DNA of 63,895 bases, filler included, from Octopus bimaculoides (taxonomy: Eukaryota): assembly GCF_001194135.2 (NCBI RefSeq). It is 7 parts of 7 records of this genome, joined end to end, with 100 filler letters (N's around TTAATTAATTAA, not from the genome) between each part and the next. Parts side by side here need not be neighbours in the genome. Positions count along the whole stretch, not along the records: positions 1 to 27,765 come from NC_068982.1; 6 more parts are not named here. One strand, 5' to 3'. Position numbers and translations under genes: made by a program. Under the pieces are notes generated by a model. It worked only from the letters and a program-made list of their open reading frames with translations, did no database searches and was not told the origin of the DNA. This document shows positions 13,181-27,765 of this stretch, piece by piece. Each line of letters begins with the position of its first letter. The first letter of the stretch is position 1.

Positions 13181-15020
13181 GAATACTGTAGTCGTTATGT
13201 TATTTTTAGCCACACCAGTGGATGTTATTAGTCTGGCAACAGTAGAATTATATCTTAGTGACCGTTCTGGTGTAGTAAAAGTAATACACCACCCGATATG
13301 GCACCCTGACTGGGTGGCACAACAGTAAGTAAAATATTGTAGACTGTTTTTGCTGCAAGCGCTTGCTCCTTCTCTTCTGACTTTCTTCTAAGAGACTTGC
13401 AGCTTCGAAAAAGAGAGAAAGTTAGAAGCAAGAAACCTCAAAAGATACAGATTAATAATATAATGGAAAATTAATACTTTCTTTCGTAATTGGCCAGTAA
13501 TTAAGCGTAAACAACAAGACTTGCCAATGATATTTAATCTGTTGAAAATTAGTGCCTTAGCTGTTTTTACTTCTATGCCAACTGAAAATACGCTTCTCGT
13601 ATAGATAACGTTGGTGTTACACATAAACACCCTTTTTTTCGAAACAAATAACTTGAAACCGATATAAAACCGTTGAGTAAGTGTCTCAGTTATCGCTAGA
13701 ATCATCATATAGAAAATATGAAAACAATTCAATTACTATTAATATAATTACTGCGGGATTCAGAAAATGTAGACAATATATAGTTTTTTAAACGGTCTAC
13801 GTAATTTGTCATATATGATATTTATAATATATCTAATATCAAACGATGTCTCTAAAGTGTTGTGGTACAAGTGGGACAGAATAATTCCATGAGGATTGAA
13901 TAATAATGCTGCCTCATCAACTAACATCAATTTCCACTTTCTCATATAAATACATATAAGAAAATCTAGGCGATTACCGGATAATATCCAGAGAGTAAGC
14001 AACTATAACAGCTTCTCTATAGTCACCTTGATAATGAGACAAACTCTTTGTTGTCGCGTGAACTTTGTAATACATGATGTTTGTAGCTAATATCCCTTTG
14101 ATCATAAGACTACTTGAATAACACCAGTAACACTAAACAATCTTTGCTCTAAGTTTGTTTTACACTTGGACGAATTTCCCCTTTTATCTCTTGGGGATCA
14201 TTAGCATATTTACCGATCCTATATTGCAATCGATTCATATATATTAGTACACTATACTACAATCAGCTCAAACTATTTCTTTCTTTATGATAGCTCAGGT
14301 ATGAGTTGTCCTCATATATATATATTATCAAACCAAGTGTCGGGGTGTGTAGTAATTATGATTCTGTTTCCCTTCTAGCTTGGTAACATTTCTTTTATAT
14401 TATGTCACTAGTTTCAGTAAACTGGTAAACATCACAGTTCGTAGAATTTAAAGAACTTGCTGAAAAGAAAATCGGAACTGAAATTTAAATTGCATTCTCA
14501 GTAAGAATATTCTGCTACTATTGTTCCTAAATCTAGTAAACACCACACTAATACTACTTATTAAGCAGTTCACAACAGAATATATCGCAAACTGTTCAAA
14601 AGAAACATCACAAAAGATAGTTACAGCTGAGAAAAAAAAAACAACTTATACAATCGTTTTACCACAACATATTAAAGCACGCGCTATACACAGCTGCAAC
14701 GAAATTTCAATTTTACCAGTGCCAGCCTATACCCATTAAATGGAAACTGTTTACAAACACGGATAGTCTTTGTAATACAATAGTATCACAATTTGAACAA
14801 ACGGGAAAAATACTACAACGCTGCCTCTTCTGGATACTTCAAACAAATATACACAGTACTTATTCCAAAATTTACTTAAAGTAAAAACGCTTTGTTCTGT
14901 GTAAACACATTTTAGGGTTAAAAGAAAGCATAACTGCAACTAAGAAAGGAGAAATAATAGGCAACATTCTATCATAACTATAAAGTTCTGGAAAATGTCC
15001 TCTTCGCTCTTCATAATCAC

Positions 15021-15083
<63 letters not shown>

Positions 15084-15470
15084 ATTGAACATAAACGGAC
15101 AGATCATATCACGGTGAAAGCATCAAAGTAAATTCTGAACAAGATACATACACATCGAACAGCTAAACACACAGGTAAAGAAATACACATGCACACGCAC
15201 GTGCAAATCTTTGCCACAACACGTACATATGCAAACTTGTGCATACAAACCTAAAAACATACTGCTCAAATAACACATAATCTTGAATGGATTAAATGAT
15301 TCATTTCGCGACATTGTGACTGAGTTGGAAAAAGTTTTGCTTCCCAACTACATGGTTCTGGCTTTAGTGCCACTGCGTGAAACTTTGGGCAAGTAATTTT
15401 TGCTACAGCCTCAGGTCGGCCGAGTCCTTGTGGGTGGATTTGATAGATGGAAACTAGAGGAGATCGTTGA

Positions 15471-15504
<34 letters not shown>

Positions 15505-16117
15505 CTGTATTCGTGGTCTTTTGTCCCCACCTCCACCTCACAAGCGGTGCTGGTGTGTTTACATACCCGTAACTTGGCGGCACGGCAAAAGAGTAGAATA
15601 GAATAAGTACCAGACTTATTCTAAGTACCAGACAATTGTAAAAAGCAATAATTACTGGGGTTGACTGGTTCGACTAAAATTCCTCAAAGTGATGCTCCAG
15701 CATAGCCGCAGTCGAATAGCCAAAATAATTAAAAGATAAAACATTAAAAAGACGATATGTAGATGCATATACGTATGTCTCTGCATGTAGAAATGTATCT
15801 AGATACAAGTTATAATTCCAACTCGCACATGAAGCCAGATGGTCACACAAATAAATATGCTCGAAGCAGTATAATTAATCCATGTTATCTCCTGAAAAAA
15901 ATACATGTTTTTAACTTCTAAACTGAAGTGGCACATATTTTGGTCATAATGACCATAGTACATTTCCATATGTTTTAGCCTTAACAAATCAACCATGACA
16001 GACACACATACGCACACATCAATTCGGTAGATTAACTCCAGCCGTTCACATATACATGCACACACACAAACACACAAAGCTATTATAATATTTTTAAGAA
16101 TCCCCTTAAGATATAGT

Positions 16118-16414
16118 GGGAAACACATGGCCTAGGGGTAAGAGAAGCAGTGGAGAGATCGCGGGTTCGAATCTCAGAGCAGGCGATGTGTGTGTTTATG
16201 ACCGAAACATGTAAGCTCCACGCGGCTCCGGCAGAAGATAATGGCGAACTTCTGCTGACACTTTCGCCATAATTCCTCTCACTCTTTCCTTCTACATCCA
16301 CCATCTTACTTTCGACGGACCGGCAGGGAACCTATATACCGCGGTGTCCCATCCAGGTGGGAATTTATACACGGCCCTTATGAGCCAGGCATGGCTCGAG
16401 AATAAGCAAACAAC
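16118..16414 (+). mobile_element. tRNA-derived SINE, non-CORE body with tail Y
   Basis: A box tggcctaggggtaag and B box ggttcgaatct. The body is shared with 58060-58160. The tail cccttatgagccaggcatggctcgag is shared with 2660-2720(-). Confidence 0.75.
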
Positions 16415-16869
16415 ATAAGAGCCACCGCAAATTCTTGCCGCACTGAAACATTATTTGCAGTTGATGTGTCCATAAGCACTTTCACAGTTTAATTCATTTG
16501 CAAGCAAAATTCTTTTTAAAAAAGCCCAATGTTAACCAAAACATTAATATTTCCAAAGAAATTACAAAAATAAGAAAATAAACATAAAAGAAAATTGAAC
16601 AAATTACTTTTTAAAATAATCTTAAACAGAATATCGTTGGATAAGCAAAAATGAATGAATAAGCAAAGACAGTAGCACTCCCTCGAAAAATAACCAATAA
16701 CGAATCACAAAAGCGAAGCAGCGAACAGTTGTTGACAATTGAACAAACAGAGACAGGAAATTACAGTCGCACTAACGAAGGTAAATACACGCTCAAAATC
16801 GTATTGTAATGGCCCTCGCCTCGCGAAACTCGGTCATAAGATAATTCTGGTTCAATATATGTGTGTGAA

Positions 16870-17300
16870 GGCGGTGAACTAGCAGAAACATTAACACGCC
16901 GGGCGAAATGCCTAGCGTTATTTCGTCTGTCTTAACGTTCTGAGTTCAAATTCCGCCAAGGTCGACTTTGCCTTTCATCCTTTCGAGGTCGATAAATTAA
17001 GTACCAGTTACGCACTGGAGTCGATCTAATCGACTTAATCCCTTTGTCTGACCTTGTTTGTCCCCTCTATGTTTAGCCCCTTGTGGGCAAAAAAAAAGAA
17101 AGAAGCGTTAACACGCCAGGCGAAATGCTTAGCATTATTTCGTCTGTCTTTACGTTCTGAGTTCAAATTTCGCCGAGGTCGACTTTGCCTTTCTTCCTTC
17201 GGGGTCGATAAATTAAGTACCAATTGCGTACTGGGGTCGACCTAATCGACTGGCGCCCTCTCCAATAATTTCGGGCCTTGTGCCTAGAGTAGAAAAGAAT
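16870..17300 (+). mobile_element. tRNA-derived SINE family A, dimer
   Basis: A-box-like tagcagaaac and B-box gagttcaaattcc. Two monomers are joined at about 17100. Other copies: 26880-27015(-), 28404-28959(-), 36672-36880(+), 42550-42730(-), 50371-50545(+), 53473-53690(+), 54500-54650(-). Confidence 0.85.
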
Positions 17301-17865
17301 ATATGTGTGTGTTTTGAGGGTGCACTTGTGAGTGTTTGTGTGTGTAAATACAAATGAAAGAAATTGATTTATTTACAGGAATAAATCGTAATAGTTTGAA
17401 TCCTGTGTTCGTATTACATCGAGGACTATGGGGCCTCTTAAACTGTTTACGGCGTGACATTATCTCTATTTACTTACAATGCTTTTGACCGAAAACCACG
17501 TTTCAGATTTGAATTCATTTAATAAATCTGTAACTTAAATATTTGATGTTCATTAATATGCATAAACAATTCATGTCCCGAGGTCGACCCCATTGAATTA
17601 CCGGGAGTATTAAAAGAATTAAAGGATATAGCAGAATATATAATTAATGATCTCTTACAGAACACAAGGATAATCAGATTCAATTCTCGAACAAATATTT
17701 GTTGTTGTAACTGTCACTGTAGCTGTCGGACTCAATATGATGGTATGTAAAGACTATTTTCATGTTAAACAGGATCGGAGAAACTTGTTTAAATGTTTAC
17801 GTCACTCAACTGAATCATAATATATTCGTAATAACAACCAACATTTTTGTTTCTATTTTTTTCAG

Positions 17866-17897
17866 ATGTTGTGTCTAATTCGTACTCAGTCTCAAAG
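17866..17897 (+). other. Candidate 32-nt internal micro-exon (coding status unknown)
   Basis: Acceptor ttttgtttctatttttttcag ends at 17865 and a perfect donor AAG|gtaagt starts at 17898, in unique sequence. Two frames are open: MLCLIRTQSQ and xVVSNSYSVSK. Confidence 0.55.
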
Positions 17898-20800
17898 GTA
17901 AGTAATTTTTTTCTCATTCATTAGATATCATACATGGCATTACATTTTATCCATTGAGCATTCCTCCACATTGACTGTGGCAAATGTGATAATGTCTTGT
18001 TCACTCCCTAAAGCTGACTGACAGTTTTAATATACCTTTTGTTAGGCGACTGCTATTCTGATGACCTAATCATCGTGAAGAATAGAATTTAGTTTTAATT
18101 ATTAGAGATGCCTTAAGGCTGCAAAAGTCTTCTTAGATTTTGACAGTAAGCGCTAAATTGTTCGAAGCAATGTCTTGTTCCAAACTATTTTAAATGTATC
18201 TCCTCAATACTGCTGCGAAAACATAAACCAACTGCACTGATATATATATGTACGTATGTATGTATGGATATATGGATGTATTAACTGTTATAAAGCAAAG
18301 ATATATATAATCACTGGCTGCTACTGCACATCCATTTATTATATAGCAATGGGAATTCTGCCAGAAAATATATTCTATTTAAATATATTTTTTGATAAAT
18401 GTCAGTATAAAATGTAATATTTTTTGGTGTGATTTATATATATGTTTATTGGAATAGTCCATATAAATATGAAACTATTTCTAGAAATGGGCAGGTTTTT
18501 GTTTTAGTAGTATAATAGAAGAACAAGATGTTATTGTTGTTTTTACTGTAGTATTGTTTTTGCTGCCGTCGTCGTTATTGTAGCTGTTGACTTTTATCTT
18601 CAGTTTCATCGTCATTGAGTAGATATATGATCAAATGAATTCTAACCTTGACCATTCCGTCTTTTTACAAGAATGCTAGACTACATTATCAAATGTATCC
18701 TATAATAGTGTAGCATGATTTGAGGGAGATTTGATTGCTATTTCTGGTAGGCCGTTCGATCGACAAATTGAATGCTTCATCATTATCCCGTGTCTTCCTT
18801 CTACGTTATATTAATAACTGTTCTCGACATACCGTCCTTTTAATGTTATATAATTCATGATTTGATACAAGACATCCATTTCCAGAATCGATATAACGTA
18901 CCTATCACGGTTGAGGACGGTAGATTGCAATCATTGTTAATGAGTCAGACGTTGTTCTTTACCGATTAAGTTACAGATTGAATTTAAATTTTAACTTTAA
19001 ATCAACATCAGTTTGATTTATTTACACTTTTGTTTATCTCCCCCCAGTCGGTATATGCTAGAAACATATTCGGGTACCAAATACTCGACGTATTCCATAT
19101 CTTAAAAACATAAAATCAATATCACTGCATAACCATTGATGGATAATTCATCACCGAAAATGCAAGGATTGACTATTTATCTGCAGTAGTTCACGGATAA
19201 TTAGGTGGCAATAATAATTATGGGATAATCTATCTCATAAATAATAAATGGAATATACCGAATATATAATTATTTTAATTTCGTATAATAGTGCAAGTGA
19301 ACTGATACGTAAAACCGTTCTATTTTTAATGTTGCTTTGCTATTATCTTTGAAGAAACTAGGAGTAAGTTTAGCTCGTAGTTATTGATTTTGGAAAAATA
19401 ATTCTTAATTTAGTATATCAACCTCAGTTCTTTCTTTGGCATCAAAATAACTATTGCGAGCATGAGTCTGTACAGGTAGAATCTTGCTTGAAATTGTATT
19501 AGGAATTCATTTTAAGGCTACACAGGAATGTTTTTTGTAGGGGGCCAGTCCCGGGCAAAATTTCTTGAGAGATCAGCAATTTCCAATACCTCAGGTCTCC
19601 TCACATAATACTATCGATATTACCCTAAAAACGTCAATGGCCAATATATCTTGGTGTCAGGATCCAGGCAAGAGTTACCAAATCGAAATATAAGACAACG
19701 CCAGATAGCCACAGGATATGCAACTTCTCATTTGTAATCAATTCTATAGGCCGAAGTACTTTAGAAATACTTATATTTTCCTTAAACACGTAGGGATAAG
19801 TGGAAGGACAGTGTTTGCATACAAAAAGCTGAAACAAATATTATATAGCATCCCGGCAATCTAACGATTCTGACATTAACTGAACGAACGCTGTTACAAG
19901 CATTTAAGCAAAGAAGGGTTATCCAATTTAACCGTATAGCAAACAGTATAGTGTTTGCTATACTGATTATAATGAGATTTTCCTAAATTTTATATTTCTT
20001 TTCAAGGCTTTACACATACACAAAAGCAATATTTTCTCAAATCCTACTTTTACGAAGTGTCACTCACAAAACTTTACATACGACGACGTACATATAGATT
20101 ACACTTCTAGGCCGTAGACTTAATGCATTGAGTGCCTCTGTTGCAGTATTTGATTTAATGGTTTAAAAGAATTTTTAATGCTCCAATCAACCTGAGAATT
20201 AATGTCATAGTGGCGACAGTTAATGTTTGTGAGCAGTCTAGAAACGTATTGAGAGTGATCACTATTTTACTCACGTGGTTATGTATAGCCGCTCATTCTG
20301 TATAAAATTACTGAAAGCAAATATATTAATGCACTCCACAGACTGCAATCATATACACAAATAACGATTCTAAACTTGGTACAATGCCAAACACTTAAGA
20401 CTAGGGATGCATTTATTTTGTTTGATATCCATTAGTTGACCGGAACTTGTGTTTATAAGACCAATGGGATTTGAAAATCAACTGCGGCATCATTTAAATT
20501 TAAGACACAAAAGAGCGTAACTGACTACATGACATATGAAATTTCCCTAAGGATGTTTCCTGCATGAAGTTCATACAGTTAAGTGAAGTTAACAAAGTTC
20601 TGAGCCTCTAGATATGATTCATCACTTAAAATTACAACCATAGCAAATAGATGCATCTTTAACGTTAATGAGAATTCTTGTTAAAGAAGGTAAGGGAGGC
20701 AAATTTAAATGTAAATTAATTAAAAAATTAATGTGATACATGGCTTGAGAAATGAGCCTCATCTATGGAAATTATAAGCACTCAGTTGTATTAGATGTTC

Positions 20801-21008
20801 TCAGTGAAGCTGAACTGTATACTCACAAAACATTCGAATGACTTTATTTTGCACATCGAGAAAACAGTATCGGGAAAAGCGTTACACAAACATCGATTTC
20901 TTCACTCTGACAACTCCTAAGGAAAACAGTCAAACCATGAGAGATGATGGAATGAGATAACAGAAAGACAGATAGATAGAAAAGTGAAACGAAAAAATTG
21001 AAATAGAG

Positions 21009-21069
<61 letters not shown>

Positions 21070-21389
21070 NNNNNNNNNNNNNNNNNNNNNNNNNNNNNNN
21101 NNNNNNNNNNNNNNNNNNNNNNNNNNNNNNNNNNNNNNNNNNNNNNNNNNNNNNNNNNNNNNNNNNNNNNNNNNNNNNNNNNNNNNNNNNNNNNNNNNNN
21201 NNNNNNNNNNNNNNNNNNNNNNNNNNNNNNNNNNNNNNNNNNNNNNNNNNNNNNNNNNNNNNNNNNNNNNNNNNNNNNNNNNNNNNNNNNNNNNNNNNNN
21301 NNNNNNNNNNNNNNNNNNNNNNNNNNNNNNNNNNNNNNNNNNNNNNNNNNNNNNNNNNNNNNNNNNNNNNNNNNNNNNNNNNNNNNNNN

Positions 21390-21439
<50 letters not shown>

Positions 21440-21904
21440 GAGAGAGAGGGAGAGAGAGAGAGGTGGGGAGAGATAAAAGGGAAAGATAGACTTGAGAAAA
21501 ACAGAAAGCGTAGAAATGACACGGAGCCATAGCTGTGGCTGAAGGGAAATTATAAACTGACGATGGTTTCATTGTTGCATATTTAGTAACACCTCGGATG
21601 AGTGGTTGGTATAATGAATGGAATGTTAATTGAGGAGTTGACTGATCAAGCGACGAACATATTGGATGGATGGATGGTTGCAGAGTTCAGGAACTTATTG
21701 TGTTTGATAATATAGGAGTAATTAGAGTAAGGCATTGAACTGATAATTGGTTTGTAGTTGAATATATACGTATATTGAAAGTAATTATTGCAGTAGCCCA
21801 AGTTGATCATTTTTAATTATGAGTATTGATTGTGTTTACTTAAATGAAACATTCAACCTTACGTTCAAGTAAGTAGAATAGGACAAAATGAAAGGTCAGT
21901 GAAA

Positions 21905-21988
21905 GAAGAAGAAGAAGAAGAAGAAGAAGAAGAAGAAGAAGAAGAAGAAGAAGAAGAAGAAGAAGAAGAAGAAGAAGAAGAAGAAGAA
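21905..21988. repeat. (GAA)28
   Basis: Perfect tract. A second (GAA)28 lies at 26756-26839. Confidence 0.95.
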
Positions 21989-22097
21989 GGTGATGAAAAA
22001 AACGAACAAGGAGTCGTGAAAGAAGGCAACGACCAAGAGGAAGCTCTCGCTGTCGCAGCTGGTGATTGCGAGACTGCACTGAAACATTATTATTATT

Positions 22098-22311
22098 GTT
22101 CAGTAGTTTTATTTTTATAACGTGCTTTCACTTCACTACCGAGCGCAGCTCTGTGCGCCTTGGGTATGTGCTGTGGTTTGCTGTGGTGTTCTTATGGTTA
22201 CTGTATTGAATGTGTTTTGCGTAGGATGTTTGCAGTGCCCAGTAGTGCAATTTTCTGTATGTTATATATATTTGTAAGTCCTGGTGTTTTTGTTATGTAT
22301 TTGTCTGAATA

Positions 22312-22314
<3 letters not shown>
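22098..22314 (-). mobile_element. Dong/R4 3' end
   Basis: Near-identical reverse complement of 39769-39977 (QKIALLGTANILRK). Lies between (TTA)n tracts. Confidence 0.8.
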
Positions 22315-22363
<49 letters not shown>

Positions 22364-23388
22364 NNNNNNNNNNNNNNNNNNNNNNNNNNNNNNNNNNNNN
22401 NNNNNNNNNNNNNNNNNNNNNNNNNNNNNNNNNNNNNNNNNNNNNNNNNNNNNNNNNNNNNNNNNNNNNNNNNNNNNNNNNNNNNNNNNNNNNNNNNNNN
22501 NNNNNNNNNNNNNNNNNNNNNNNNNNNNNNNNNNNNNNNNNNNNNNNNNNNNNNNNNNNNNNNNNNNNNNNNNNNNNNNNNNNNNNNNNNNNNNNNNNNN
22601 NNNNNNNNNNNNNNNNNNNNNNNNNNNNNNNNNNNNNNNNNNNNNNNNNNNNNNNNNNNNATTATTATTATTATTATTATCATCATAATCAGTTACGTTA
22701 GCATCTTCTTTCAATTCCGTTTCCATTTCTTGCCCTTTGACTTTATTATTATCTTTATTGTGTGAGATAGTATCGTATGCCGTCAAAGTGACACTGTGGT
22801 ACAAATATACGAAGCCTAATATACCCATCATGATTACCCGTCTGATAAGGGTACACCAGGCACATGCATCAAACCCTATGAGCGCGACATGGTGATATCA
22901 TATCAAGATAAACAGCGCATGACCTTGCAGGTAGGGCCCAGTTAGAATTTTCTTCAGGTAGAGTAGCTCATCCCACTCAAAAGGTCCCTGAATAAGGTTT
23001 TTTGAAGGATAATGATTCCAGAGGTGAATTATTCAAACCCCAATGAATTCCTCTCAACACATGGCTATGATGCTCCGCACTACTTATGCTCGTACTCAGG
23101 GATGCACTTGTCGTGCGCCAAAAAATTGACATGCTCAAATGGTTATGGTCAAGTAACTGACAAGCAAATCTGTGGTATTGAACAGAATATTTGCTGTAGC
23201 CCATCTTTTATACCAAGACAATACCATGCATATGATAACACTTCCAATCAATTAAGATTAAAAGCCAAGAGAGATTATCATCATCAGCATCATCATCAGC
23301 ATCAGCAGCAGCAGCAGTAGCAGCAGCAGCACTAGCAGCAGCAGTAGCAACAGAAACATCGTCATCGTCATCATTATTATTATAGTTG

Positions 23389-23430
<42 letters not shown>

Positions 23431-23518
23431 TTAATCTTACCACTGTAAGTAAATCATGTCACTACATCGTTCTTACTATTGACAGTTATATCTCACACAA
23501 GTGTTGTAAATACGAAAT

Positions 23519-23576
<58 letters not shown>

Positions 23577-24112
23577 NNNNNNNNNNNNNNNNNNNNNNNN
23601 NNNNNNNNNNNNNNNNNNNNNNNNNNNNNNNNNNNNNNNNNNNNNNNNNNNNNNNNNNNNNNNNNNNNNNNNNNNNNNNNNNNNNNNNNNNNNNNNNNNN
23701 NNNNNNNNNNNNNNNNNNNNNNNNNNNNNNNNNNNNNNNNNNNNNNNNNNNNNNNNNNNNNNNNNNNNNNNNNNNNNNNNNNNNNNNNNNNNNNNNNNNN
23801 NNNNNNNNNNNNNNNNNNNNNNNNNNNNNNNNNNNNNNNNNNNNNNNNNNNNNNNNNNNNNNNNNNNNNNNNNNNNNNNNNNNNNNNNNNNNNNNNNNNN
23901 NNNNNNNNNNNNNNNNNNNNNNNNNNNNNNNNNNNNNNNNNNNNNNNNNNTATATATATATATACATATATATGTGGTGAGGGAGTGAGAGAGATAAAAG
24001 GAGTTTGTAAATAAAACAACGACAGTCAGGCTAAAAGTATGGCGGCAGGGATTGTTCCTGGAGAAACGTATTTAATGCGTTTTTGCTTTGTGTGTGCGTG
24101 TGAGTGTGTGCG

Positions 24113-24147
<35 letters not shown>

Positions 24148-25134
24148 GTGTGTGTACGAGTGTATGTGGAGAGAGAAAGAGAGACTGAGAGACAGGCAGA
24201 AATAAAGTGGACGATAATTGGCAATGTAACTTGTTGCTTATACAATTAAGACTAGTGTTTATTGTGGAAAGTTTGTGCGCACATGTACATGTATGCACCC
24301 TTGTCTTCGTGTGTGTGTGTATAGAGAGGAGTATCAGAATTGGTGAAATGGTTCTCACATACTTATGAAGGTCTTTCCGCAATTGTGATGCCTCAGATTC
24401 AATGTAACTGTATAATCTTGGCCAAGTATCTGTCTCTTTTCTCTCGAATCGATGCAAATCTTCTGAGTAAAACAGATGATGGAAATTCTTTAGAAAATTC
24501 TCAGATTAGATTTACAAATTAAAGTCTAACAATGGTTACTTTGTTTCACTGTCCATTCTGTTCATTCTGCTTCAGAACGTCTTTAATTCCACGATGGCAC
24601 ACCCAATTTCGTAGACAATGTTTCATTCAATAGACAATCAAGTTCTAATGGAGCACGTGGAATACTCATCGTCAGCAATATCTGAGAATCCATTTGTATA
24701 TTTTAGTTTTATCATTCTAATACTTGTTTGATGTTAAGCTAGTAAACTGCATCGTTTGACCTTAATAGCAAAGGTGTGTTAGAATTTGTTACATAGTCAC
24801 TCAGTTTAGATGCGGTCATAATATACGAGACCAATATTCGGAAATAAACATTCATATTTGGCTTAGTGTCTGCAAATGTATAGAGACTGACTACTAGAAC
24901 TGAAAACAGTCTCACAACTGATTACAACAGCAATTTCGGTGAGGATTTCAATAGAGATTATATCAATAATAAAGAAAATCTGAATATTGTATTATTCTTC
25001 TTCGAAAGGATTTACTCAGTAAATTCCAACAATTCCTACTTAGCATTCATATCTTCTTTGACATTACAGTAGATGAGTTACAAATATGTGTGTGTGTGTG
25101 TGTGTTTGTGACTGTCTGTCCATTTCTCTGTGTG

Positions 25135-25166
<32 letters not shown>

Positions 25167-26566
25167 CGTGTGTTTGTGACTGTCTGTCCATTTCTGTGTG
25201 TGTGTGGGTGGGTGTGTGTGTGTATTAAAATCTGTGATTTGAGTGTGGTGAGAATTTACAGATGTCATTCCTAAAGATCAATAATAGTGATTATAACAGA
25301 CGGTAAAACGAACGAAACGCTATTAAGCATTTTGCCCGGCACGATATCACATGGTAGCACTTACACATGTTCACATGTCTAAAGAGAAGGTATATTGAAT
25401 TGAAAAATATACCGAATGTTACTGGTATTTTATATTTTGTATATTCTCGTCGTTTGAAGTATGAAACCTACATGGAACCTTAGAGAGAAACACATTCCAA
25501 ATTCATTAATTTGTATGCGCGCACATCTTGTGTGCAAATGCTACCTTACGACCAGAATATAAAAGTATGGAGAACAGGTCAGTGGCTTGATATGGAGTCA
25601 TAGCGTTATAAATAGTTACATTAGATTCAATGTCACATAGTCTGTATTTTTAAGGTATCCACTTCACAGCACGTGGTTTCCTGTTCGAACACAGTGCGGG
25701 AGATTTTAAACAAGTTGATTTCCCCCATGACTTCAAGCCTACGTATAACTCGAGAAATCTAGAGATATGTGAAGTCCTCCTGATGAACCTTTTTACATTC
25801 TTGTGTGACAGACTTAATCCGTGACATGGATTAATACATCACTTTGTCCATGGGCGGATTTTGCAGAGTTCCATTTGCTTCATATTCAAATCCCTAACCC
25901 AACCACTGACTTCTGAAGCACTAAAAGTCTCATCTTACCCAAAATGTCACAATTTCTGATTTTCTGTGGTTTTAGAGAAGTTCACTTGGTAAGCATTCGA
26001 GTCAAGTTACCCGTTTCGGCAAAATTTTCTTCTATTTCTGCTACAACTGAGATGTGTCTGGATATGACCATGGCAACTGACTTCTTTCTGTCACAAACCC
26101 ATTAACAAAAGTTAATTTCGAAAATTGCTTCTTCCATCGGTTAGTATTTCTTATATTCAAAATAACACGCTGTTTAATATCCAAGTAGAATCAGTTTTTG
26201 TAATATAAGAAAGAACAATGTCATTCGTAGTACATAAAAGGTTCGGTGTGTTTCGAATTGCTATATATCATATAGAGCCATTACAGCTGAAGGACACAAA
26301 CAAAAAATAAATGAACATTCCCGGATTGTGCCAGCGTACTGAAAAGACACTGTGACATGCCAGTGAGCATTAACCCATTTTGAAATGCGAAGACTTGTCA
26401 GACTGTCAATGCAAATGGTTTAGAGATTGTGAGATTTAGGAAAATATTACCCAGGTAGGGGATGTTGGCGAAATCAATATTTTCTATTCTTCCGGTAACT
26501 TTTGGAAAATCATTAGAATATCTGAACCTAATAATTCGTTGATAAGATTGACATGCAAAACTGATA

Positions 26567-26606
<40 letters not shown>

Positions 26607-27016
26607 TGATATAAATCGAAGGCGTTCAATATCACATAACAACATCAAGATAATCCCAGTTGTCACATGAGCTCGACACCACTGAATCAAATAATCGTCA
26701 TAAGATCGGCTTGTTGAAAGAGAAATGGTAATAATAACGGAAACAATAATAACATGAAGAAGAAGAAGAAGAAGAAGAAGAAGAAGAAGAAGAAGAAGAA
26801 GAAGAAGAAGAAGAAGAAGAAGAAGAAGAAGAAGAAGAATTCTTCCTGCAATAGGCCTGGAGCTTTGGGGGATGGTGCTAGTCAAATACATCGACCGCAG
26901 TACTCGATTGATACATATTTCGTCGACCTCGGTGGGATTTGAACTCACATCGTAGAGACGGGCGAAATACTGCTAGACATTTTACCCAGCGTGCTAACGA
27001 TTCTGCCTGCTCACAT

Positions 27017-27076
<60 letters not shown>

Positions 27077-27096
27077 GGTCCTTGTGACTTGACAAA

Positions 27097-27158
<62 letters not shown>

Positions 27159-27242
27159 GGTCCTTGTGACTTGACAAACAGTACAAACCACTGGTAGACA
27201 AAATATCTTCAATCCTCACGATATTGTATACTGTACGACGTC

Positions 27243-27286
<44 letters not shown>

Positions 27287-27718
27287 TAATAATAATAACA
27301 ACAACAATAACAACAACGTGAAGCGGTTAAGATGTACAGAAAATGTTATTACCAAAAAACTGGCCTATATTGAACGTATAACCGAAGGCCGAATAGAGAA
27401 CGAAACCATGCACACCAGCTGGAATTATATAAAAGTGGTACAAATGGAGAGGAGATAACCCCAAGTTAGAAGTGTGTGGTTGCATTGACGCCATAACGTA
27501 TTTGTTACATAACTTTAGTGATTGATGTTGAAGAGGTGACAACTACTCCGAAATGTACGCATTCACCATTCTGGCAAGTAGGCGCTTCGAACAGATTTGG
27601 TGTGTTTACGCCGATTTGCATCAAACGGGCAATTTCTTCCTGACAAAATACAGCGAATGGCGTTCTCAAGGGCCCAAATATGCCTTAAGGCATTTGTGTG
27701 CGTGTATGATGTGTGTAC

Positions 27719-27765
<47 letters not shown>

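Noticed and set aside
16870-16960. tRNA genes
   Set aside because: A and B boxes belong to SINE heads; no complete cloverleaf or acceptor stem was found anywhere in the window.
21905-26839. Two (GAA) tracts of identical length (28 units)
   Set aside because: Plausibly coincidence or a short-read assembly length limit.
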